Shown here piece by piece: positions 17,996-25,485 of a stretch of 64,000 nt of DNA; the stretch's first letter is position 1; each line of letters starts with the position of its first letter. This DNA is from Bacteroidia bacterium (GTDB lineage Bacteria; Bacteroidota; Bacteroidia; Cytophagales; Cyclobacteriaceae), in NCBI GenBank assembly GCA_030430675.1, contig JAUIKU010000001.1:4152-68151 (forward strand), given 5' to 3'. Under the pieces are notes generated by a model. The model was not told the DNA's origin, did not search any database, and was given only the letters and a program-made list of their open reading frames with translations. Position numbers and translations under genes: made by a program.

Positions 17996-20900
17996 AATAC
18001 TAACCATATTAATACTATTCTCTTTGGGATGTGACGGACAATCCAGGGTAGGGTTTATTATCGCGGCAAAGAAAAGCCAGAACCCGGCACCCTATGTTGA
18101 GCCTGGTCAGGAATCCGGGATGTCATGGCCCGAATTAGTGGCTCCAACCAGCCCCGTAACTTTGAGTGCCTCAGATGAGGATACCGACAATGATGTATTG
18201 GGCGTTATAACCGACAATGAAAATACTTCCGAGTGGGTGCCTATAAACAGGTATTTGAGAGTAGCGAGTTACAAAGACTCAGTTTATGTATCCTATGTCG
18301 ATGATGCAAATCTAAGACCCAAGATTGGGGTAGTACATGTTGATGGAGGAAGCGTAACAACAGACTTTGTTGACAAGGATGAAACGGGTTGGAGTGTAAA
18401 TGACGATGACCATCATCATCCATCCTTTATAGTAGACGGAAACGGATATATTCACTATTGGGTAGACATGCACGTTTACCCACAGTCCAACGATTCACAC
18501 CTTCCCGCTGCCCGGTTAGATGAAGAAATAATGTGGTACATGAGCGACAACCCACAAGATATATCCTCATTTACTTTTATGGGCACACTGGATGCAGTAG
18601 AAGCCCCGCAAGGGTGGGGGTGGAGTTATTTGTATCCGTTCTTAACCCAAGACAGGGTATTGTTATTTAAAGCAAGGTCTGCTCCGTGGAGTACAAATGA
18701 CACTGAGAACACAGGTGACTATACCTTTCCGGGTGGCGCGGGACTATCTATGTACAAGTGGAACGGCTCAACATGGACAGGACTAGGGAACCCTCCCGAC
18801 GATCTTACCAATGGCGCTGGCACAAGGTATGGAACCTACCCTATGATATTTCAGGCTAACTACGGGGAGGAAAACCAGCCACCCGGAGAAAGTGACCCGC
18901 TCGACCAGTTTTACAATTCTATCTTTCATTACCCACGGGTAACATTTGATAACAAGATAGTAGCTATACAGGCCATCAATAAAGATTTTGAAATAGCCGA
19001 TGCCTCCACTATACTTTACGGGCACTCATGGGATTTAGGAGAGTCGTGGTTAAGCTGGAATGGTGACACCCTGACTACCCCAATAAGCTCCAATTCTATC
19101 CCCGGCATTCCTGCCCAAATGGATGGGGGAAACCATACGGGGGTAGACGGAAAAGGAAACCCTTATGTATCGTGGACAGCAGCATCCCCTTCAGGGACAT
19201 ATCAAAACACCAAATGGAAATATTACGATGGAAGTAGTTGGAGTGATTCGGCTGACTTTGAGCCGGAAAACGTATCGCGAAGTGCAGCATGGTATATTGA
19301 TGCCAATGAAGTTGTTTCCAGACTCGGCACAAACTTCTCAAGCGATATTTACAGATCATTAGGTGAGGATGCTACGGGGTATCAGGATGCTACATTAGGC
19401 ACACACTTCTTGCCGGGAGAACCCATCAGGGGGGCGGTGGATCACAATGCAATGTTTGGTGTAAGTTGGTCAGCTTCAACTTCTGGTGACCTACAAATAA
19501 GAAAGGTAAGGTGGGATCTAGCATCTATTCCTTCGATAGATTCTGAGTGGACTACAACTCAAATAGGTACATCTGCGGGAAGCACCGGAATATGGAACGG
19601 CATCTATCAAATGCAGTCAAGCGGTACTGGAATTTGGGGTGATGATATGGACTTGCAGTTTGTCCACAAAACAACTACAGGGGATTTTGATAGGGTGGTT
19701 CGGGTGAACGGCATTGAGTATGTGAGCGATTCAACTTTTACCGGATTAATGGTATCCGAGGAACTTGATGGAACCGGAGAATATATGGCGGTAACAATAT
19801 CCAACTATAATGGCTTGCGTGCAGACTCAAGAAATGAAAGCAATGTGAGAGACTCGGTTATAGTTCAAGATTATCCCGTTATTTGGTTGTGGCTAAAAAG
19901 AGAGGGTGACCAATTCACGGTTTACTATGGACACAACACTGTAACAGAGCCAACCTTATTGCTTCAGAAAGAGATCGCAATGGATGCAGTGGTGTATGTT
20001 GGTATAGTCACTGGATCCGGCCACTCATCTACCCAAACCCATGCCAGACTTTCCAGATATACAGAGATAGGGTACAGCCAGGAAGCTGCTCAGGCTATTG
20101 AGAACATAGGGTTGGAAGATGCTGAACCCTGGGAGGTGTCCGCTATTGCATGGGCGGTAGATTCATTGGTATTAGCCGGTCAATATGATGCGGCAGATTA
20201 TATCAACAGGTTGGGGGTAACGGTAACCCCGGCAAACTGGAAGGACGGGACCGACATTACAGAGGTTAATTCCCCTGAGTACTTGCAAGGCCAAGGGTAT
20301 AGATTGTTAGCAGATGATTCCACAGCCATAGACTTGAACTACCAGCCTTCAACAGATCGCAACGAGAACGTAACCTATATCTGGAAGGGCCGGCCAATAA
20401 ACAATTCATCCAACGATAACTATTTGTGGGGTGCAGATGACGGCACTGACAGGGCAGCGCTAAAGCTCAACACAGATGAAAATAATTGGGTATCATACAT
20501 TCATGCTAACGGTCTTTTGGGGCAGTACTTTTCAATTGATACCACTAACATTGTTTCAGTTACCAGGACTTACGATGATACCACAAGAATCTACAAAGAC
20601 GATACCGAACAATGGGAGAAAGTTGAAGCCTTTGACGGGCCGGTGGGTCAGGATATTCACATTGGAGCATTAGACAACAACGGTACTTTACAGCACTACT
20701 CAAGCCAGTTAGCTGAATGGTTTGTGGTTGGCGATTCTACCTTAGATTTATCGGTATGGCAGCGGGTAATGTATCGCACTGATTCGGTTTACTATGCTAA
20801 CTTAGGTAGTGCTTCCGATGAAACCGCACCAACAACCCCCGTAATAGCTTACAATTCCGGGTCAAGCACTTCACTTACTTTTGATATTACCACCCCCTCA

Positions 20901-21878
20901 ACTGATGCCAATGGGATTGCTCATTACCAGGTTGACCTAGACCAGACCTTTAACAAAAATATAGATGGTGGATCCACTCAGTTTACCGTTACCGGCCTGT
21001 CAGCTTCCACCGCTTACGATGTGAGGCTAAGTGCCTTTGACCCTTCGGGAAATCAATCTGCCACCTATGAGGTAACAAGTGTATCTACCGAGGCAGCAGG
21101 GGAAGAATTTACAGAGGACTTTGAAAGCGGTTTAGTTACCCCGCCTTTTGATACCAAGAATGGAGCCAACGACCCTACCTTTGGCGATGACCCTACCGAG
21201 GGCGGCAGTAATGATGTAATGATTTCCGACCTCCCGCCACCTACTACCTCATGGTCAAACATTGACCGCAGGAGCGAGATTAAGCGCACAGGGGGAACGT
21301 ATCAGGATGTGCCGGTATGGCACCCCAACGGCACCAGTTGGTCTTACCAGTTCAGGATATTTGTTCCCTCAGACCACTACTGCGACCCGGACTTTCCAGA
21401 GCTTATCGCACAGTGGCACCACAGCAATGTTAGCCCGGTCAGCGGTGGCCCGCCATTGATGATTAGAATTGAAGATTGCGAGATTAAAATAAAGTACCGC
21501 TATCAATCAACTGAAGGTGGTAGCGTGACAGAGAACACGGTAGCCTCCGGGCAAGACCTCACCTTGGATTCATGGAATTACTTTATCGTGGATGTTACCT
21601 GGGACTACTCCGGGTCGGGTTCGGTAGATGTGCATTGGGATGACGAAGGCTGGCCACTGGTGGGAGATGAGATTATAGATTACGATGGGGCTATTGGGTT
21701 TAATGACGGCGATGACCTGGGGGTAAACCAGGAGTTTGGAGTGTATAAATGGGACTTCAACAGCGCCACCGATGCCACCACATACAAAGATAACAGGGCG
21801 TCAAATTGCCCGGCCTGTGATGACAACAGGTTATTTTATTACGACGACATTACAATCCAGGAGGGGTTAGAGTTTTGA
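17982..21878 (+). CDS. 1298-aa putative lipoprotein: beta-propeller-like region + FN3-like module + C-terminal polysaccharide-lyase-like jelly roll
   Basis: A lipobox is present (…LILFSLGCDGQ). A His-rich block DDHHHPSFIVDGNGYIHYWVDMH is present. The FN3-like segment reads …TSLTFDITTPSTDANGIAHYQVDLDQ…YDVRLSAFDPSGNQS. The C-terminal segment reads RSEIKR…WSYQFRIFVP…IAQWHH…PPLMIRIE. Confidence 0.6.
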   Translation: MSMIRILTILILFSLGCDGQSRVGFIIAAKKSQNPAPYVEPGQESGMSWPELVAPTSPVTLSASDEDTDNDVLGVITDNENTSEWVPINRYLRVASYKDSVYVSYVDDANLRPKIGVVHVDGGSVTTDFVDKDETGWSVNDDDHHHPSFIVDGNGYIHYWVDMHVYPQSNDSHLPAARLDEEIMWYMSDNPQDISSFTFMGTLDAVEAPQGWGWSYLYPFLTQDRVLLFKARSAPWSTNDTENTGDYTFPGGAGLSMYKWNGSTWTGLGNPPDDLTNGAGTRYGTYPMIFQANYGEENQPPGESDPLDQFYNSIFHYPRVTFDNKIVAIQAINKDFEIADASTILYGHSWDLGESWLSWNGDTLTTPISSNSIPGIPAQMDGGNHTGVDGKGNPYVSWTAASPSGTYQNTKWKYYDGSSWSDSADFEPENVSRSAAWYIDANEVVSRLGTNFSSDIYRSLGEDATGYQDATLGTHFLPGEPIRGAVDHNAMFGVSWSASTSGDLQIRKVRWDLASIPSIDSEWTTTQIGTSAGSTGIWNGIYQMQSSGTGIWGDDMDLQFVHKTTTGDFDRVVRVNGIEYVSDSTFTGLMVSEELDGTGEYMAVTISNYNGLRADSRNESNVRDSVIVQDYPVIWLWLKREGDQFTVYYGHNTVTEPTLLLQKEIAMDAVVYVGIVTGSGHSSTQTHARLSRYTEIGYSQEAAQAIENIGLEDAEPWEVSAIAWAVDSLVLAGQYDAADYINRLGVTVTPANWKDGTDITEVNSPEYLQGQGYRLLADDSTAIDLNYQPSTDRNENVTYIWKGRPINNSSNDNYLWGADDGTDRAALKLNTDENNWVSYIHANGLLGQYFSIDTTNIVSVTRTYDDTTRIYKDDTEQWEKVEAFDGPVGQDIHIGALDNNGTLQHYSSQLAEWFVVGDSTLDLSVWQRVMYRTDSVYYANLGSASDETAPTTPVIAYNSGSSTSLTFDITTPSTDANGIAHYQVDLDQTFNKNIDGGSTQFTVTGLSASTAYDVRLSAFDPSGNQSATYEVTSVSTEAAGEEFTEDFESGLVTPPFDTKNGANDPTFGDDPTEGGSNDVMISDLPPPTTSWSNIDRRSEIKRTGGTYQDVPVWHPNGTSWSYQFRIFVPSDHYCDPDFPELIAQWHHSNVSPVSGGPPLMIRIEDCEIKIKYRYQSTEGGSVTENTVASGQDLTLDSWNYFIVDVTWDYSGSGSVDVHWDDEGWPLVGDEIIDYDGAIGFNDGDDLGVNQEFGVYKWDFNSATDATTYKDNRASNCPACDDNRLFYYDDITIQEGLEF

Positions 21879-22075
21879 CACAGAAAGAGCAAATACAGGA
21901 ACTTGATAAGAAGATTGGCCATATCGAAACCATACTTTTTGGGCATGACGGCAGCAACGGCATGAATGGCGATTTGAAAGAAATCAAGCGAAAGCAAACT
22001 GATATGATGATATGGGTCAGGGGTATAGCGTTGGCGGTTCCTTTTCTGCAATGGATTATTAATCATTTCCTATGA
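21875..22075 (+). CDS. Small membrane protein, holin candidate (66 aa, C-terminal TM)
   Basis: The TTG start overlaps the upstream stop. The hydrophobic C-terminus is IWVRGIALAVPFLQWIINHFL. It is the first gene of the lysis block. Confidence 0.4.
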   Translation: MTQKEQIQELDKKIGHIETILFGHDGSNGMNGDLKEIKRKQTDMMIWVRGIALAVPFLQWIINHFL

Positions 22076-22521
22076 AGCGGGCGAAGGTTAGCGGGGCATT
22101 ACTATTGATTACAGGGGTCTTATTGGGGGTTCTTATTACTTATCACCAATGCACCAGACCCTGGAAAGAAAAGTTCTATGAGTGGCAACAGAACACTTAT
22201 GGGGAGCCGGGTTATTATTCATGGTTGTGTAATCAGGTTGAAGCTGACCTAACCGATACATTCCATTATGATACCGTTTACTACTACGCTTTAGACAAGC
22301 CCAAATACCAGGAAGGGAAGATAATATTTGATGGTGACAATGTTACCTTTTCCCGGTCAGGGCAAGACTATTCTTACCATGCCGATCATAGCGGAGAAGG
22401 CTACTACTGGATATTAAAAGACGGCTACCCTACAGAGGTAATACAAAATGAGAACTCAGTAATAACCATGTCTTATGTGGCGGGTTACCCGCAATTGGAC
22501 ACTATAATCATTTATCACTGA
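22072..22521 (+). CDS. N-terminally membrane-anchored protein of the lysis block
   Basis: It has an ATGA overlap with the upstream gene and a TM segment GALLLITGVLLGVLITY. Confidence 0.4.
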   Translation: MKRAKVSGALLLITGVLLGVLITYHQCTRPWKEKFYEWQQNTYGEPGYYSWLCNQVEADLTDTFHYDTVYYYALDKPKYQEGKIIFDGDNVTFSRSGQDYSYHADHSGEGYYWILKDGYPTEVIQNENSVITMSYVAGYPQLDTIIIYH

Positions 22522-22886
22522 TGAGATTGGCCGACCATAAAACTAATGTTATCGGGGTTCACCCGGTTCTATTTTCTTACTGGTTTTTAGCAGATGAGGT
22601 TTGCCGAAAGATACTAGGCTATGAAATGATTATCACTCATTGCCTGGACGGGAAGCACATGGCGAAGTCATTGCATTATGTGGGGTTGGCATGGGATGTT
22701 AGGACGTGGACCACTCCAACAAGCGGCATTCAGATTGACCAGTATTTAAGAAGATTATTGGCTGAGACATTGCAAGAGGTTTTAGGGGATGCCTTTGATG
22801 TGGTAGAGCATGACACGCATTTACATATCGAACTGCAACCTAAGAATATTATAGAAGCAATAGAGGTGTTTAAACTATTATCATGA
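22521..22886 (+). CDS. Endolysin, LAS-type zinc peptidase (peptidase M15 family)
   Basis: The motifs are H-x6-D (SLHYVGLAWD) and H-x-H (HDTHLHIE). Size and position fit a phage lysin. Confidence 0.75.
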   Translation: MRLADHKTNVIGVHPVLFSYWFLADEVCRKILGYEMIITHCLDGKHMAKSLHYVGLAWDVRTWTTPTSGIQIDQYLRRLLAETLQEVLGDAFDVVEHDTHLHIELQPKNIIEAIEVFKLLS

Positions 22887-23080
22887 GACCGAAAAATAAA
22901 GGGCATCGAGAGCGCATAAGACAACACAAGTATAAGAAGCGAATTGAGGTTCTTGGGTTAAATCCTGGGGATTGGCAAGGGAAAAAATCGGACGCAAAAC
23001 CATGTAGTTGTTGGATGTGCAAAAACGAAAGGTATTCAAGAAAGGTAAAGCATACTATTGGAATAGAATCAATCGATTGA
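22883..23080 (+). CDS. Small basic Cys-containing protein (65 aa)
   Basis: It has an ATGA overlap with the lysin gene, is Lys/Arg-rich and carries CSCWMC. No family was recognised. Confidence 0.4.
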   Translation: MRPKNKGHRERIRQHKYKKRIEVLGLNPGDWQGKKSDAKPCSCWMCKNERYSRKVKHTIGIESID

Positions 23081-23096
23081 CCTTAAAACATTAAAT

Positions 23097-23399
23097 ATGG
23101 ACTTATTAGGATCAATAATATCAGGACTATTGGCCGGGGTGCTAATCCCATTTGGCCGAGCAGTGCAGCAAAAGTGGGCTGTTTTCAAATGGTCAATCTA
23201 TTGGAATGAAAACAAGTATAGACTAGCATGGGGGTTTTTATGCTCGGTAACTGCGGTATTGGCAACATGGTCACTCACACCAGAATCAATTAAGCAGATG
23301 GTAGATGTTTACAAGGGTGCTTTATTTGTGGCAGCAGCCAGCCCGGTAACCGTACTAAGTTTCCTGATAAAGAAGAATACACCAAAGGACAGTGACTAG
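23097..23399 (+). CDS. Small multi-TM membrane protein (holin-like)
   Basis: Three hydrophobic segments occur in 100 aa, followed by a charged C-terminus. Confidence 0.45.
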   Translation: MDLLGSIISGLLAGVLIPFGRAVQQKWAVFKWSIYWNENKYRLAWGFLCSVTAVLATWSLTPESIKQMVDVYKGALFVAAASPVTVLSFLIKKNTPKDSD

Positions 23400-23685
23400 C
23401 CTTAAAAAGACATTAGATAACCTGGAAAATCATATCAGGTCATCAAACAATATCACTAAAAGCAGAAAGATGAATATCAAGGGAGTTTTTGAGTATTTTG
23501 ATTTGGCCGCAATTTTTAAGCTAGCGGCAGTAGTGTTATTTATTGACCTTTCCTTTACAGCAAAGGTTGGTATAGTTATAGCTATTGGATTGTTTCTGGT
23601 GCATACCGGATACAAGCGGTATAAGCTAAAGAAAGCATCTTCAGTAGTTAGTAGCGAGGTGCCAAGTAAGGCGTTTAAGAACTAG
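23392..23685 (+). CDS. Small membrane protein (97 aa)
   Basis: It overlaps the upstream gene by 8 nt and has two adjacent hydrophobic segments. Confidence 0.4.
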   Translation: MTSLKKTLDNLENHIRSSNNITKSRKMNIKGVFEYFDLAAIFKLAAVVLFIDLSFTAKVGIVIAIGLFLVHTGYKRYKLKKASSVVSSEVPSKAFKN

Positions 23686-23686
23686 C

Positions 23687-24571
23687 ATGGCGTTGTACAA
23701 GGGCCGTGAGCTTTGGCGCAATGTTCACGAGGTAGAGATACCCGATGTAAGGAAAAAGGATAACCCTTTAGACCTGTTTCTTTGCTCGGATGTCCACATG
23801 GAGAGTAAGAAGTGTGATCTTGATTTATTCATTAAGCACTTAGATGAAGCGAAGCGCAAGGGGGCATTGATAGCAATCATTGGTGACCTGTTCGATTTAA
23901 TGGAGGGACGGTATGACCCCCGAAGCAACAAGGGGGTATTGAATGAGGAGATAGTGAAACTCTCAGTAGACAATAGCATTCCTTATTTGAGCGCAGTGGT
24001 AGAGTGGGCGTTTAGAATACTTGAGCCGTACGCTGAGAACATCTGTTTGATAGGAAAGGGTAACCATGAAACCAATATCGAAAAGCGGGCAGAGTTCGAT
24101 TTAATAAATGCCCTGGTACACCGGCTGAACATGGTCAGTAATACACAGGTATTTCGTGGCGGTTATTCAGGATATTTAAAATTCAAGATGCCTAAAACCG
24201 GCACTCCATGGTTATCCTATCTGGTGAAGTACCACCACGGGTTTGGTGGAGCCAAGCGAAGCAAGGGAAGTTTAAACGTGGATCTCAACGCCGCTAATTG
24301 GCCAAGTGCCGATTTAGTTATTACCGGGCACACACACCACAAATGGATAATTCCAAAGCAACGTGAAATTCTCACGCAATACGGAAAGCTGACCAATACC
24401 GTGCAGTACCATATCTGTTTAGGAGGTTACAAAAATGACGTTGAGGATGGTTACGGTGGTTGGGCTGTGGAGCGTGGTTTTGAATCACTGGCATTAGGTG
24501 GCTGGTGGGGCAAACTATGGTTGTCCGGTCATGCGCAGAAGAATGTTTTACAGGAATGGGTTATGGCATGA
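23687..24571 (+). CDS. Calcineurin-like metallophosphoesterase
   Basis: The motifs occur in the canonical order: CSDVH, IGDLFD, GNHE, GHTHH. Confidence 0.8.
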   Translation: MALYKGRELWRNVHEVEIPDVRKKDNPLDLFLCSDVHMESKKCDLDLFIKHLDEAKRKGALIAIIGDLFDLMEGRYDPRSNKGVLNEEIVKLSVDNSIPYLSAVVEWAFRILEPYAENICLIGKGNHETNIEKRAEFDLINALVHRLNMVSNTQVFRGGYSGYLKFKMPKTGTPWLSYLVKYHHGFGGAKRSKGSLNVDLNAANWPSADLVITGHTHHKWIIPKQREILTQYGKLTNTVQYHICLGGYKNDVEDGYGGWAVERGFESLALGGWWGKLWLSGHAQKNVLQEWVMA

Positions 24572-25143
24572 GAATGACAGATTTAATTATCATAGCGGCC
24601 ATATTGATTTTGCTGGGTGGCGGCATTGGCTGGCTAACCAATACAGATAAGGAGCGCAATAAGATTGAGCAACTTGAGCGGGCTTCACAGTTTCAACAAC
24701 AGCGTGCCGATAGTTTACATAGAGTAAACAAATCTTTATTAAGCGAACTCGCTATTAAAGAAAATGAGGCAAAACTTAAAAAGCAGGACTATGATAGTTT
24801 CAAGGTTGAGGCGAACAAGCGTATAAGTGAGCTTACACAGCAACTGGATACCGGAAAAACTTCAGCACCATTCAGGGAGTATGCCCATATCAAGGCACAG
24901 CAGATTAAGAAACTTGAATCTGCCTACGCCAATTTAGATGCCTTGAGTATCAAAAAAGACAGCATTATTCATATCCAGGCAAAGCAGATTGAGCATTTAA
25001 ATAAAGTTCTCGATTACCGGAACGAGCAGCTAAAATCTTATGAAAAGATGGTTCGCAAGAAAGAACTAGGAGGTGCCAAAGGTGTCTTATTTGCCTTGGG
25101 TGCTTTTGTTACCGGCATGGTATTAGGAATGGTTGGGCAGTAA
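24568..25143 (+). CDS. Membrane protein with N- and C-terminal TM segments flanking a coiled coil
   Basis: I prefer the ATG at 24568, which overlaps the upstream TGA (ATGA). The track starts at 24505. TM1 is LIIIAAILILLGGGIGW and TM2 is VLFALGAFVTGMVLGMV. Confidence 0.5.
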   Translation: MRMTDLIIIAAILILLGGGIGWLTNTDKERNKIEQLERASQFQQQRADSLHRVNKSLLSELAIKENEAKLKKQDYDSFKVEANKRISELTQQLDTGKTSAPFREYAHIKAQQIKKLESAYANLDALSIKKDSIIHIQAKQIEHLNKVLDYRNEQLKSYEKMVRKKELGGAKGVLFALGAFVTGMVLGMVGQ

Positions 25144-25298
25144 CCCATCCCCACTTATCACCTACCCATATTAAATACAGGGGGCCTTCCTTAATTCCCT
25201 GGATAGTACCTGTATATTCCTTCCCTTTATAGGAGAAGCGAACCGTTTGATTGACTGAATATTTGGGCATGGGTTTACCTGAAAATTTACCCTCATAT

Positions 25299-25333
25299 AT
25301 AAAAAACGCCCCATACGTTCAGTATAAGGCGTT
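25299..25333 (-). terminator. Rho-independent terminator downstream of tRNA-Gln
   Basis: On the - strand the stem is AACGCC…GGCGTT, extended by ATAC/GTAT, and is followed by TTTTTT (plus-strand A-run 25301-25306). Confidence 0.5.
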
Positions 25334-25338
25334 TATAG

Positions 25339-25411
25339 TTGCCCGACCAGGGCTCGAACCTGGACTCTTCTGAACCAAAATCAGACGTGTTGCCAGTTAC
25401 ACCATCGGGCA
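25339..25411 (-). tRNA. tRNA-Gln (anticodon UUG)
   Basis: Hand-folded cloverleaf with a 7-bp acceptor stem including U1-A72. The D stem is GTGT/ACAC and the anticodon stem is TCTGA/TCAGA. The anticodon loop is TT-TTG-GT. The T arm is CCAGG-TTCGAGC-CCTGG. No CCA is encoded. Confidence 0.9.
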
Positions 25412-25485
25412 TTCCATTTTAGAAGCACAAATGTAGAACTATTTTGACTTAAGAAAAAACAATCTTTTAATCAATTATTCTATCC

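Larger units (their letters stand above)
1..25300 (+). mobile_element. Prophage, late-gene (structural + lysis + accessory) half; left end outside window, right boundary approximate
   Basis: A continuous + strand run of tailed-phage late genes in canonical order ends about 200 nt from the 3' side of tRNA-Gln. Core housekeeping genes (purL) follow immediately. No integrase or att repeat is visible in the window. Confidence 0.85.

Noticed and set aside
10074-21878. Diversity-generating retroelement or template/variable repeat pair in the tail fibre region
   Set aside because: No reverse transcriptase gene is present, and I could not spot any long near-identical repeat pair by eye.
25109-25270. 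53-aa - strand ORF at the prophage-host junction as a confident gene
   Set aside because: It overlaps the end of the last phage gene by 35 nt and lies downstream of the tRNA terminator. It has no clear start context. It is mentioned in the junction finding only.
1-25411. Integrase, excisionase, att direct repeats, terminase
   Set aside because: None is present in the window, so the prophage boundaries and integration mechanism cannot be established here.
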